64,000 nt of DNA, from positions 11,898,716 to 11,962,715 of the forward strand of contig CP154954.1 in NCBI GenBank assembly GCA_039621445.1. Reading direction: 5' to 3'. Within the stretch, counting starts at the first letter, position 1; each line of letters opens with the position of its first letter. Below, one piece after another: positions 35,894 to 49,400 of the stretch. Source of the DNA: Euglena gracilis (taxonomy: Eukaryota). A model generated the notes under the pieces. It ran no database searches. It saw nothing but the letters and a program-made list of their open reading frames with translations, and was not told the origin of the DNA. Position numbers and translations under genes: made by a program.

Positions 35894-36741
35894 TGTCGGC
35901 CGCCGGCTTTCGCCGGCAGCCAAAAATTGCCAGAAAGCGCAAATTTCAAAGTCGCGGGTAACAGCCAACCAGTTAAAAAAACCCGCGACTTAAATTGGAA
36001 GCGGGTCAAATTTCAAAGACCTTTCAAATTCTTTTTGTTCACAGAACTTGAGGGGTTTTCCCCATCATTTGGCAAAGAAGAAATACATTGAATTGGATTT
36101 GATCAATCACATTATTGAATTGGAATTCACAATTACATTGTTGATCATTACATTGTTGGTTGTATTCATTGGAGGATTGGTTTGAATGAGCCTACAACAC
36201 CGCCATCTTCACCGCCCTTCCCCACACCCCTTCGCCTCACCTTCCTTTGCCCCAGGTTTGCACGTTTTCACACATTCACATTTCACATTCGTTTTCAATT
36301 CTTCACATTCAGCTGCTTTCAGTTTCTCAGTTTCAGAGTTTCAGAATTCAAGTTACTTTCAGTTTCTCACTCTCAAAGTTCCAAGTTCAGTGGGTTGGTT
36401 TTTCCTTCAAGGTGTGCCAGAGAGTGGGTGAGAGAGAAAGAGAGAAAGTGAGATTTCATTGCAAATGGCAGATTTTTCGGTGTTCACCAAATTTTCAGAA
36501 AGCATTAAAAAAACGATCCTACGCACCGGCTGGGGTAGGGGAAAACACCTGGGTGAAAAAAAGGGAGTTGGCCTGAGCCCACCAACCCCCAGAAAAAGCG
36601 CAGGCCCCGCCCCGGAAACACCCACCCCCCGGCTGTCGGTGGTTTTCCACGACGGCGAGGACCCCCCCGGGCCCTCGGCCCACCGGGACTCGCCGGTCGC
36701 GGGGGCGACCGGCGGCGCACCGGGGGTGGGGCCGCCAAACA
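35894..36741 (+). repeat. Element A 3' LTR
   Basis: 848-bp direct repeat, followed by TSD CAGT. Confidence 0.97.
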
Positions 36742-36745
36742 CAGT

Positions 36746-37094
36746 GGGTGCACCACAGCACGAATTTTTGTGGGTATGTCGGGTCGATTCCGACCACTTG
36801 GAAGTGGGGGCCGTAGTGTTCGTTGAGGAAAAATTGGTAGTTGTAACAGAACATTTCGTGTGTCAGCAGTTGTATATCCTTTGGAAGTGGGAATACTTCC
36901 CATTGTATGCCTTGTGGTCCGATTTCTCGGATATTGTCGAAAATTGTCTTCAGTGCGTCAAGGGACGATTCCCATCCGTATTGTAGCTTTGGATGTGGCA
37001 AGTAGTGTGCTTGGCTGGCGGGCATTGCCAATGAACCGAAGTTCTTGCAATGAACAAAGTCAAAAGTCCATGCTATGGACAAAATCTTGGACAT
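36746..37094 (-). CDS. Element C ORF3, 5' part (interrupted by A)
   Basis: ATG 17 bp after the pol stop; reads ..LWCTHC|HHKFPVDF across the empty site when A is removed. Confidence 0.6.
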
Positions 37095-37110
37095 CTTTGT
37101 ATATCCTCCC

Positions 37111-40100
37111 TTAGAAGGTATTTACAGAAATGTCAATGTTGTTTTGTTTGTTCCATAGCTTCCAGTCTTGTTGGATGTAAACAACAAAACTAGTTGCCGG
37201 TTCCCAAGTGTCCTCTTCGGGACCATATCCTTTCCACCGTACTTTCCAGTAATGTACACGTCTGTCTACTTTGTGGTCGAGGATTTCGTCAACGACAAAA
37301 TCATCTGTCTCAGGCAGTTTTGACCGTGGTTTGAAGTAGAGGCAGGGTATTGCTTTACCGTTTGGTGGTTTCAGGTATGGTTTGAAGTCATCCATGTGCA
37401 CATCCTCGACACCGTTGGGTAAAGCGACTTTGTAGCGCCCACTTGTACCCAACCGATCGAGGATCTCACATGGTCCAATCCAGAGGGGGTCCAACTTCGT
37501 GGATTGCATGCGGGTTCTAGTGTTCCGAACCCACACGCGGTCACCTGGGTTGTATATCGGTGATTTGTAAGCTTGTAAGAATTGTCTTTGTTTTTGCAAG
37601 TGTATGGCGACTACGCGCTTTTGCACATCCGTGCACAATGTTTCTACTTCAGTGAACCATGTTTCGCAACTCACGCTGGAACGAGCAGGTAGTTCTGACG
37701 GGATGTCGCCAATGGCTGGGGGATCACGTCCGAAGACGATCTTGTACGGTGAGTATTGTAGTATCAACCCCGGTAAAGTGTTAATATAAAATAAACACCA
37801 GGGCAATACTTGTAGCCAGGCGTTGTGAGATTCGGCCAGTGAAAGTCGTAGCATGTTGACTACAGCTTTCACTGCCCCTTCAGCGCGACCATTGCCTTTT
37901 GGACGATAAATGATAGAAAAATGCTGCTCTATTCCGAGTAAACCGCAAAGAGTTGTAAAAATCGAGAAGAAGTCAAATGGTCTTGATCACTCACGATTTC
38001 ATTCGGTAAACCCATGAGGCAAATGCATCTTTCTAAAAACATTTGTGCCAAAACTTGTGCTGTCAACCCTGCTTTCTGGCATGGAATGGCTACAATGTAC
38101 CCACTCAGCCGACAGACGACAACAAGAACGTAATCGTAAATTTTGTCATCCGTTCCTTTGCAAGGTTCAAGCTCCAGAAAATCCACGCAGAGGGATGTAA
38201 AAATGTCTGGTGGTACGGGAAAGAAGTCCATCGTACCAGGGGGGGTACATCTGCGCGGTTTTACAGCTTGACAAATTTGGCATCGTTGCGAAATTTGTAA
38301 ACAGCGCTTGTACAAATCTTTTTCGGTCAGGGTTGTACAGTACCTGCGACCCACCAAAGAAAGAAGTTTGGGGGCCCCAGGGTGACCTTGGTTGTAATAA
38401 CATAAAAGTACGTCATCAGCCGAGTCACAGGGTATGCAGTGCTTGTAACCGGTATCATTCCGAAAAATCAAACGTAAAGGCGATAAGGTATCATTCTCAA
38501 CCAATTCACCATTACGCAATCTTTGTTCGACATCATTGTAAAAATCATCCTTGGAATAATCCCATTCTCGAAAGAGGAGAGGGGATGGGGATTCGGATCG
38601 CGTGACCCGGCGGGGGTCCGGCATTCTGCCGCGTTGTCGTTTTCTCCGTACGGGGGCTATCGGCATCCGCCGCCAAATCCGCGAGACAGGAAAATTGTTA
38701 AGTAGGTTGTCAGCGGCGTCTGCGCGCCTTGCGTATTCGTCGGCTTCGTGACTTCCGTGGAACGTGGCATCAACCTCGTCAGGGTTACCAGGGTAATGCC
38801 GGGTGCACGTGAAAGTGGGTCTGCGACTTTTTGAGTATTACCTGGTGTGTAAACTACCGCCAGGTTGAATTGACTCAAAAATTCGTGCCAGCGGCATCTT
38901 CGGCCAACTGAGGACATGGCTTTGTTCAAGTCTTCGGTGTACCAGTGTTGGAGAGACTCATGGTCTGTCAACACTAGTATTTGTACGAGTGAACTGGCGA
39001 CCCAACTTCGGAATTTTTGTAGGATAAGGACAATGGCATACGTCTCCTTTTCTCGTATGCTCCATTTGATCTGTCCTTTTCCGTCTTCACCTTGTAGCTT
39101 TCTGCTGAAGAATGCTACAGGGCGCAGTTCATTGGACAAGTTATGTTGACTCAACACACCGCCGACAGCATAGTCGCTGCTGTCGACCTCCAGTACGTAT
39201 GGTTTGTACGGATCGGCAATGTCAAGTACAACGTTGACCAACATCAGTTGTTTAATTGTCGTTAGCGATTCTCACATTGTATCATCCCATTGTATCTTTG
39301 TATTGTCAGCAGCGCGACTTTTGAGTTGTCGTGTCAGTGGTACCGCGATTTTCGCGAAATCCTTCATGTAAATCGCGTAATACTGTGCTAAACCCAAAAC
39401 TCCTTTTAAATGGGTGATTGTCTTGATGTTTTCAGGTGTCCACTTCTTTATAGCTTCAAGTTTGCTTGGAGATGCTCTCCTTTGTCTGTTGTTAAGAATG
39501 TGTCCACGAAATTTTGTCGTTTCGCGAAACAAATGCATTTTCGTACCTTTGACGAAAAGCAAACGTTTTTGAAACGTTGTCAGTACGGAACGTATATCGC
39601 GGTAGTGAATATCAAGGATATCACTACCCGAATTTGTAAGTGAAGGAGGTGTGCCAATCAGCACGTCATCAATGTATACCATTGCAAACGGTAAGTCTCG
39701 TAAAATCCATTGTATCATTCTTTGGAACATGGGTGGGCCATTCTTAACACCCATTGGTAACACCGTCCATTGGTAAACTCCACGGGAGATTAGAAATGCT
39801 TGTGTATGGTTGTGAGTCAGGGTGTAAGTACATCTGGTGAAAACCATCCTCTAAGTCGAAAATCGACCAGAGGCGGTTTTCCGCTTGTTTTGTAATCAGG
39901 TCTTCGATAAGTGGTAACGGAAATGGATCGCCTTTTGTCTGTGAGTTCAAGTATCGGTAATCCAGCACAAGTCATCAATTCTTCTCTACAGAAGCATCGG
40001 GAGGCTTGGGTACAACAAAAGCTTGTGAGGTCCACTCGCTTTTGGAGGGTATGATCCGTTTTCGTTCAATCAGTTTTTCGATCATTGTATTATGAGCTTG

Positions 40101-40330
40101 TTCTCTTTCGCCTGAACAGCGAAAGAATTTTCGGTGTATGGGCTGTGCACCTTCTTTGAGTTCGATTTTACAGACACCAAAAGGTCCGCGAATGGCAGGA
40201 TCTATGTCATGGGCATAGATAGGATGTTCCAAAACATCACTGAATTCGCGATTAATCTTTGTACATAGTTCTTGTGATTTGGGATGTTGACCACCGCTTT
40301 CTATCACTGCGGATAGTTGGTATATTTGGT
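37111..40330 (-). pseudogene. pol: Element C pol: RT-RNaseH-IN-chromodomain
   Basis: LDYRYLNSQT, FDLEDGFHQ, LPMGVKN, YIDD (39665-39676), [59 protein letters not shown]. Confidence 0.93.
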
Positions 40331-40439
40331 CACTCTGACCTTTATCCCGTAGGAATTTGTCAGTGTGGTCAACAGTTCCGAATGCATCAAAGAAACAAAC
40401 ACGAAAAATGATTTCTTTCAATGGTGGTAACATGACACC

Positions 40440-40830
40440 ACAAAAATCTTCAAACAAGGGGTGTCCTTCGGTAAATCACACCACTGAAAAGTGACATACG
40501 TCAGCTGTTGGAACCATTCCGCTTCGGGATTAATAGGAATCAGTAGCACACCGCGTGCTTGATCCCGAAGGATCTTGTCAACGACAAGAGGGATAAGTTT
40601 CAGAGGTGGATGTAGCCACAGGACCACATCACCCCAAAACTTATAAGACGCATTTGTATGGCTTGACCAGTAATTGGATAAACGAGAATGTGCTTTGGAC
40701 GAAAATGCGTCAATCTCCAATTGTAGGTCCATCGACTTGGCGATTTGTGCGATTTTGGAAAACCAAGTTTCCAAAATGCGGTATTGTCCAAAATTGAAGG
40801 CATTCCAGATGCGGTTCGCGAAAACTGTCG
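40440..40830 (-). pseudogene. Element C N6-MTase-like domain between PR and RT
   Basis: LEIDAFSSKAHSRL..YW...W....LWLHPPLKLIPLVVDKILRDQARGVLLIP...EWF; catalytic NPP reads HPP. Confidence 0.75.
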
Positions 40831-41699
40831 CGGTTTCAGTCCTATGGAGGGCTGAAACACAGTTTACCGAGCCACATCGGTAATGCGGTGTGTCCGAAGA
40901 CACTTCATCAATCATTGTACCAAATGTATCAGGTGTATTGTAAGAAGTACAATTATTGTTGGCATTCCGCCACTTGTATGCAGGGACATTGGAGGGGTTG
41001 GCATTCTGCCATTCGGGGTCAGAGAGATTGGCTTTCTGCCATTGGAGGTCCTGCTGCGCGATTCTCGCGATTCCGAACAGGGATGTGATTCCGCATTTGT
41101 CCAATTGTCGATGTACTTCAACACACAACAAGTAACAAACCCGTGTGTTGTGTTCTCGTTCAGCGGTCAGGGTAAACTCGGTACCGGTTCCGGTACCAAG
41201 TGTACTCTGGTTGTTGTGTAAAGCGATTAGTTTGGAAGGTTCAACAATACGTCCACAGTCGAAATCAGGTTGTGTGTAAATTCTCCGGCAATGTGCGCAT
41301 TGGTAGGAAGTGTCGGTCTGGTAGTGGATGTCAGTCATGTGTACTGTGTGTATGGGGGTGTTGGAAGTTGTAGCTGCTGGGGGGTGTACAGGGGTGTCCG
41401 AAATCGACACACCTGGTGGAAAACGTAAACTTTGTGCAGCTGGGCGGCTACTCGACACCGAAATTTCTTCAGGCCTTTGGGCTTTCGCCTTGAAACCCAG
41501 TGAAACGTGGGGGGTTAAGCTACTTGCTTTCCCTGCCGCATGGGAAACGTGCGCTAAAAGTGTAGTGGCAGGGGGGCACCTTTCTTTTTACCTTTAGGGT
41601 AGGAAACGGTGTTTTCGGTTGTAGAAAACGTTGTGGCAAGGCGGGGGGACATCTGGGGAGATGTCATGGGGGAGAAATTCGGTGGTGTGGGTTGTGTGG

Positions 41700-42090
41700 G
41701 TGAAGTAGTGCGCAAACCGAGGGAGGGACAATCCACAACAAGGCGGTTCTGACGCAAGAATTGAAAACCCAAAATTACGTCAGACCCGCGGATACCCGAT
41801 TCGTAACTCCAGGTTCCCAGAAAATTTTGTATGTGTGGGGGCTGTGAGTGGTGCTTGGGGATGATGGGGAGGAGTATGTCCCAAAAGCATCCCAAGTCAC
41901 CACCACACATGGGGCTGTTGTCAGCAGTCATAATTTTGATGGGGTACTTGGCTTTCACCAAGAGGGAGTAGGGAAATTATCCCGTTCGAAAGAGAAGGGG
42001 GATTCGACACCCTGGGTGGACCAAAATTTTGCATTTGGTAGAAAAATTTTGTGTTCGGATTTCCGCTTGGACCAAAAGTTCCATGGGGGG
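41700..42090 (-). pseudogene. Element C aspartic protease remnant
   Basis: KILVHPG (degenerate D-T/S-G position), IKIMTADNSPMCGG, DVILGFQFL; parallels the A/E protease. Confidence 0.65.
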
Positions 42091-42322
42091 GTACGCAAAG
42101 TGCAGGATCCGGTGTAAAATTGTTGTCTCTCCAACCATTCCAGGATCCCGTTCCTACTTTGCTCAGCATTCCAGGCAGAAATTTGGAGTGGGGGGTGGGG
42201 GACCCGAAAATTTTCCGGGTACCGACCAAAAAGGCAGATAGGCAGGGAAAGTAAGGTTGATCAGGTCCTACTTCCGTCTGTTCATCAGCCCAGAGGTCCG
42301 TGCCCACAGACCTCGGGCTCCC

Positions 42323-44739
42323 CTACTCCAAGTCCGATTCAGCACTTCGGCTGTTTATCGTTTTCTTGTGTGAGTAGATAGCGCGCAATGCGCGGACCGC
42401 ATTGCGGTCGTCCTCCAACGAGGATTCGGAGTTCTCATCCCCCTCCCTGCCCGAAGCCGGGGTTCCCTCCTCCAAAGAGGAGATTTTGAACCCGACCTTG
42501 TGTTTGTTGTTGTGTTTTGTATCATTGTGGTGACGTTGGTTCGGGCGGGGAGAGCAAGAACGGTAACATTTTGGAGGAATGGTGGTTATGTGATCTACAA
42601 AGGGAACACTTTTGTCGGTTTTGTGACTGTTGTCGGTTGTGTGATAAGCTTTCACCCATTGGAGGTCTTGGTGAACAGGATCCCGTTCGACCACGGTTGT
42701 TGTAACCCGGTTTCCCGAATGACGATCGCGAAGAAGATGATCCACTTCGCGAACGTGATCGCGATGAGTCGCGATTTGTATCACGCTTGTAAGGGGGTCG
42801 GGGTGATCGACCACGAGGTGCGTGATCGCATCCGCGGTCGCAGAACGGTGATCGGGACCTTTATCGATAACCCGACGATTGTGATTGTCCAGATTTGTGT
42901 GAATATCCGAAGGAGCGTGAGCTCCGTGAGGATTGTGAACCCCTTGGACTCTGATACCGCTTTCGCGTATCAGGGTGGGGGCAGTCACGGGACGTATGCC
43001 CCGCTTTGTTGCACAAAAAGCAAGTTTTGTCAGAAGATTAGTCAGATGAGCGCGGATAGCGCGTTTTTGTATCTCCCCTTGGGGAGTTTGTATGTTTACC
43101 CTATCCCCGTGGAGATTTTGGCGATTTCGGAGAACAAGTCTTTTGTAGGGCACTTACCGTACCTCTAGGGAGACCGGCGGTAGGGTGGTGGGTGTAAGCC
43201 GATTGTATCTGTCCCAAAAGTTGTGAGAGTTTCATTTGTTTGGACACATAGTTCCATCGTTGTTCAAGTGTGAGTTTGTTGTCCGCGAGTTCCTCACGGT
43301 GAATGTCCTTGATAATTGTAGGAATGAAATGGAGGAGAACCGCATGGAATTGTTCTTTCATTTGATTCTCTCCCGGTTCATCAACCTCAGAAGCCAATCC
43401 CAACCATTTGGAATACCAAAGGTCGATTGACTTCCATTTTCGGTCATTGGGCGCGAATTGCCGCCATTTTTTCTCCAGCGTAATTCGCGAAATGAGGCTT
43501 GAACAAGTTGACACATATTGGTCAACCAGTTCATCAAAGTTATCCGATTCCGGATCACAAGTTATCGGGCGCGTTCTTTTTCTTCCTTGGGGAGGCAATC
43601 AATGAATTCCATCTTGATTACCTCAGGGTTCCCGTTTTGGGTTGGACCCTTCAAGTCCAAGGAGTATGTCCAGTCGCGCCAAAATTGTTTCCAAGTTGTT
43701 GCATCTCCGTCCCATTGTGGTTTTACCTTGTTGGCAATTGTAATGGTACCTTTGAAATCGCGTTGTGGACCGCGATTTCCATCTTGATGGTTAAGGTAAG
43801 GTTGTTGTTGTGGTATGCGCGAATGCACATCCGTGATGGTACTCATGGTACCGTAGGTACCATGGGTATTTGGTACATCGCAATTCCGCGAATTGTATGG
43901 TTGTGGTTCGCGATTCCGCGATTCGGATTGTGAAGGGTCGCGATTCCGCGATTCGGGGTGTGGTAACGTACCAGGGGGTAGGAATCCCGTTGAATCACCC
44001 GGAAATAGGGGAACCGCGGTAAATTCCGTGTTTCGCATTCGCGATCCATGGCAAATACCCGGGGTAGGGGGTATGGCTCATACCGCGAATCAGTCCCGAT
44101 TCGCGAATTTCTTGTTGTAAAACCGGAGGATTCGCGGTTTTCGTGGTAAAAACGGGTTCCTCATCCGAAGATTCACCCTTAGGGGGGGAATCTTAAGTTG
44201 TGGTATACACGGGCGATTGTAATCGCGATTGTAGGCATGTTCATGACCATGTGCATCCCTGGATGCTTGTGGGGCGTGTGCGTCCGAAGATGCTTGTAAG
44301 GGTGCACATACTGCGCTTTTGGAAGGATTGGCATCCAACGAATCGCGAATTTGATGCACAAATTCGCGAGTTGGATGTCGGGCATCCGAAGATGCTTCGG
44401 TTGATGCGCGAAAAGCGCGTTGTGAGCTGGAAGTTGCATTTTGACCATCGAAAACACGGTTTTCAGGGGCAAAGTGCGGGGGGTTGCGGGATTTTGCATG
44501 AATCTCGTCCAAACTCAATGCAAAACCTTGGATACTTTGTTCCAATGAACCAGCCACTTGGAAATGGTCCGAAATTCGTTCAACATCACCCTGCAAACGC
44601 TTAATACGTTTGCGGTATGAGGGTAACTCGTCCAAAAGTGGTAATTTGTCAACAATGGAGTCAAATTCCGCGGAAAGCTTTGTAAAAGTGGTGTCCAAGA
44701 ATTGGACCCGCTTAACCAAAGTTTCCATTGTGGTTGTAA
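42323..44739 (-). pseudogene. gag: Element C gag, 3' part
   Basis: PQWDGDATTWKQFWRDW capsid-like start; CSLCRSHNHHSSKC knuckle (~42565-42610, one extra A); ends at TAG 42323-42325. Confidence 0.8.
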
Positions 44740-44743
44740 GGGT

Positions 44744-45541
44744 TGTTCGCCGGCCCCACCCCCTGTGCGCCGCCGGTCGGCCCCGCGACCGGCGAGTCCC
44801 GGTGGGCCGAGGGCCCGGGGGGGTCCTCGCCGTCGTGGATAACCACCGACAGCAGGGGGGTGGGTGTTTCCGGGGCGGGGCCTGCGCTTTCTCGGGGAAT
44901 TGGTGGGCTCAGGCCAACTCCCATTTTTTCACCCAGGTGTTTCCCCCTACCCCAGCCGGTGCGTAGGATCGTTTTTTTAATGTTTTCTGAAAATTTGGTG
45001 AACACCGAAAAATCTGCCATTTGGTGTGAAAATCTCACTTCTCTCTCTCTCTCTCACGCACACCTTGCAGGCAAAAACCAACCCACTGATCTGAAATGAA
45101 TCCCAACCCACTGGAGAAGCAAACACACTGTTGGAAATCTGTGAGAGTGACTGAATGTGATGGAAAAAACAACCTGGGGCAAGGAAGAGGGGTATAGGGT
45201 ATGTAGGCGGCGGTGAGGGTGGCGGTGTTGTAGGGTCTCCTTGATTTCAATACCAACTTGAATTCAATAACTCCACCAACAATGTAATGACCAACAAAGT
45301 AACTGTCAAATCGAATTCAACAATGTGATTGATCAAATCCAATTCAATGTATTTCCTCTTTGCCAAATAATGGGGAAAACCCCTCAAGTTCTGTGAACAA
45401 AAAGAATTTGAAAGGTCTTTGAAATTTGACCCGCTTCCAATTTAAGTCGCGGGTTTTTTTAACTGATTGGCTGTTACCCGCGACTTTGAAATTTGCGCTT
45501 TCTGGCAATTTTTGGCTGCCGGCGAAAGCCGGCGGCCGACA
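44744..45541 (-). repeat. Element B 3' LTR
   Basis: direct repeat of 56266-57063, about 4 differences counted by eye. Confidence 0.97.
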
Positions 45542-46435
45542 CCCCCTCCCTTGCGACCTTAGTCGGACACCAAAAATTCGCCCCCCCCCTTCCTCAACAA
45601 AGAGGGGGGAACTTCTCCAATCGGCACTCCTTCACCCAAAGCCTATGTCCCACTCCCTCTCTTGAACCAACCAAACGGGAAACAAAAATGAGGGACTATG
45701 GCTTTCAAGTGCCTTCAATCCTTTGAGAAAGACTCAAATCACCAACCAATGAATATTTGGCTGCCCCCCCCACCGCTTCTCACGGGTGGTATGAGGGTCT
45801 TCACCAAGATCTGCCCCCCCCCCTTCCAACGGGTCGGGGGATTTTTGGTAAAAATTCGGTTGGCGCCCCCCCCCCTCCTCGGGCCGGGGGGATTTTTGTC
45901 ATAAAATCGAGCGCCCCCCCCCCTCCTCGGGCCGGGGGGATTTTTGTCAAAAAATCGAGCGCCCCCCCCCTCCTCGGGCCGGTGGGATTTTTGTCAAACC
46001 GAAGGGGGGGCTTAATATGTGACCATGGACTCCCAACCACAATGGAATCCCTCATCTCAAAGAATCAATCTCCAAACCCTAACAACACCGGGAGAGAAGA
46101 GGAGAGGACGGCAAATATAGGCGCAGTGGGGCGAGTACAAGTACAAATATAAGTGCGGTGGGGCAAATATAAACGCAGTGGGGCGAGTACAACAGCAATG
46201 CGGCGGCGAATATGCTGAGGTGGCCAAAGGCCCCCTTGCGGGGCCTTTTTCTCCAAATTCCATTCTCCTTGCCAATTCTTGCATTTGTACATTCTCTCCT
46301 TTACACGCTCATGCGTGTGTGCGTGCACTCACACCCACACGGACGTGCAAATCGGGTTTTTGAATTTTAAAAACAGCACTTTGCCTTCCCATTACCGTAG
46401 AGCCTTGGACAGGGCCTTATGGCTCACCTTAGAGC

Positions 46436-49400
46436 CTACGGCCAACCATCAATTTTTAGTTCGGACATTATGTCCATTTTCACTTTTTTCTCACGGCAAT
46501 ACTTCACAAACTCCCCACTGAATCTGTGAATGAAATTTCCAGCCGGTTCCCAGGTCTCCTCCCCGTCCTCATATCCGACCCACTTGGTCAAAAATTCCCA
46601 CCTTCCATCTTTTCCTTTTCGGTGCCTTAGAATTTTTTCCACCTCCCACTCATCAGGTAATGCCTCTTCTTCTTTTTCGGTCCGTTTATAGTAAAAAAGA
46701 GGCACCCCCTTACCTTCCACTTGGGGTTCCCGATATTCCTTCAAAAAACTCTTATGAGCTTTTGTCTCTACCCCAGGTTTCATCTCAATTACATAACTCC
46801 GTTCCCCTTCTCTACCCTTCACGACCCCAGGTCCCACCCACCTAGAGTCAAGCTTCTCACCCGACCCCTCGGGTCTCCTATACCAAACCGTCGTCCCCAC
46901 CTTTAGGGGTTCCATTTCTTTCCTCCCCTTATTTATCCTTGCCACCTCCTCCTCGTGCTTTTTGTTGAGTATCCTAGCCACCCTCCCATCAATGTCTTGC
47001 ATCCTATGGAAAAACTCCACCGAATCCTCACATTCCTTGGGTGGTTGGTAGGGTACCCCTGCTAATGGTCTTTCCCTTCCGGTCACAATTTCATATGGGC
47101 TCAATCCGCGTTCCCCCTTTACGTCATGAATTCGGTCCAAAACTTGGGGTAAAGCCTCAACCCAATTAATTTTTTCCTCCACGTACAATTTTCTCAACAC
47201 CTCCATTACCTGTTGTCCGGCTCTCTCAACCCTCCCGTTTGCTTGGTGGTGGTATGCTTGGGAATATGCTTGCCTAATCCCCAAAAGAGCACACATGTTT
47301 TTCCACCAAGTGCTTGTAAAATGGCTCCCTTGGTCACTTGAGATGACCGAGGGAACCCCAAAAGGCCTCCACTGATTTTTCACCATTTCCTTAGCCAACT
47401 TGGCACCGGTTAGTCCTTTGTCCTTGCATGCAACCCCCACAATCCATCCCGAATGCCTATCCACACACAAGGCTAGGGTGTCATACTCCCCCCCATCGTG
47501 TAAAACCCTTGGCATTCGAAACAAATCGATGGCAACACTTGTCATTAGTGCTGGGGGTATGGGTGTGGACTCGATCGGTCCTTTCAAACTCTCCCCCCTC
47601 ACACTCGCTTGGCACGTGGAACAATTTTTGCTGCAATTTTGGTTGAGTTGCTTTGCAGCCTTTTCATCAGCCCAAACAAAACGGATTGCCATGTGTTTCC
47701 AAACTTTTTCAGGGCCAACGTGCCCCAAAAACTCGTGAATTTCTTGAATCACCAAATGTTGAAAACTTTCAGGCACACACAACTTTTCTTCGAAAAACAA
47801 TTGGCCATTTAGCACTTTGAAGCCCTTTGGCCAAATTGAATCGCCTTTGGTAGCTACCCATTTTTCTTTCCATGTGGGGCATTGGGAATATGCTTCCCCC
47901 CAATCACGCTCCCATACGGGCTTAATATCCTTAGGGGTCGTACTTGGCAGGGCGTCCCCCACTTCCATACGAGTGTCCCCCCTCGAACTTTCAGCCGTCT
48001 CCGGGACAGGGGTCGTCTCCCCCCCCACTTTCTCATCCCAAAAATGAACTCGTTTCTTTTCTTTCCTGGGCCCTTGTGAGTGGGTGTCCACAGGGGTGTC
48101 TTTTCCTCCTGGGTCTACCCCACCCTCGGTTCCCCTCCTTGTGCACTCTCCTTTTTCCTCCTCGGGTGTTACGTTTTTGCCACTACGGGTTGTCACCCCC
48201 CGTATCCAGGCATTACGTAAATTGGGCTGGTTTTTGATTCTTATCTCCAAACACTGTTTTTCCTCTTCTTTTTCCTCCCGGATAAAATTTTCCATTTCAT
48301 CCTTGTCTTCGGCTGACCCGTGCTTACTTATGTCCCTTAGGGCCTGTGAAGCTGGGTATGCCCACCGACTAAGGATATCGGCTATGGTATTTTCTTTACC
48401 CGGGATATATCCCACCGTCAAATCATACTTGGAGAAAATTTGATGCCATCTCGCCCTCCTCCCAACCGGACCACTGGGGGTGTCTAGGACCTCCCTTGTC
48501 CAAGACTCCAAACTTTGGTGGTCGGTTAAAACCAAAACGGGTTGCAATCCAATCCAACTTTCCCATTTTTGTAGTGCCAAAATTATGGCATACGTCTCCA
48601 ACTCCCTGGGGGTCCATTTTCTTTGCCCCTCGGTCAATTTTCGAGACATAAAAGCCACTGGCACAGTTTTTTTCTCAATCACATCCTGGGCTGTGGGTCT
48701 TCCTCCCCCCTCCTTCATTTGCTCTAACGTTTCCCCCACGGCGTACCCACTAGCATCAACCCTTAGCACAAAGGGTTTATCTGGGTCTACCCGTTGCAAC
48801 ATTAGGCCCGAACACAACCTTTTTTTCAGCTCCTCAAAAGCTTTTAAATCCTCCCCATCAAATTCCACAGGTTTTCGACTTCCTTTTTTTCCCACCTCCC
48901 TGGGGACTTTCAATTTGTCTTGCAGCCGGGCAGCTACTTCCGCATACATGTGAATGTATGCATTGTAATAATTTGTGAATCCCAAAAAGGCTCTCAAAGC
49001 CGTAATTGTTTTTGGAACCTCCCACTTTTCGATCGCTCGTAACTTACCCGGTGCAGGCCTCCTAGTCCCATTTCCTAAAATCTGTCCACAAAATTCGACC
49101 TCCTCCACAAAAAGTTTGGCTTTGAATTCATCAGCCACCAAAAGTTCTGTTTTCAGCACCTCCAACACCCTTCTCAAATCTTTTTCGTGTGCCCCCACCA
49201 GGTCCTCCCCTTCCCCGACCGTTGTCCCCACCAGTATGTCATCTATGTACCCTGTGGCGATATCCCTTACTGGTGTCAAACGGTCATCGATCATTTGCTG
49301 AAATTGTTGGGGGGCATTTGTCAAACCCATTACGTTCACCCTCCACTGAAAAATGCCTTTGGGGGTGAAACAACATGTTATGGGTCGACTTTCTGGGTGT

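Larger units (their letters stand above)
24715..36741 (+). mobile_element. Element A: full-length Ty3/Gypsy chromodomain LTR retrotransposon (12,027 bp) with C5+N6 MTase domains
   Basis: 848-bp LTRs TG..CA, TSD CAGT (24711-24714, 36742-36745), PBS, PPT, gag-pol. Confidence 0.97.

Noticed and set aside
42260-42290. Hammerhead ribozyme (CTGATGA on the minus strand)
   Set aside because: No stem II followed by GAAA and no matching cleavage-site helix
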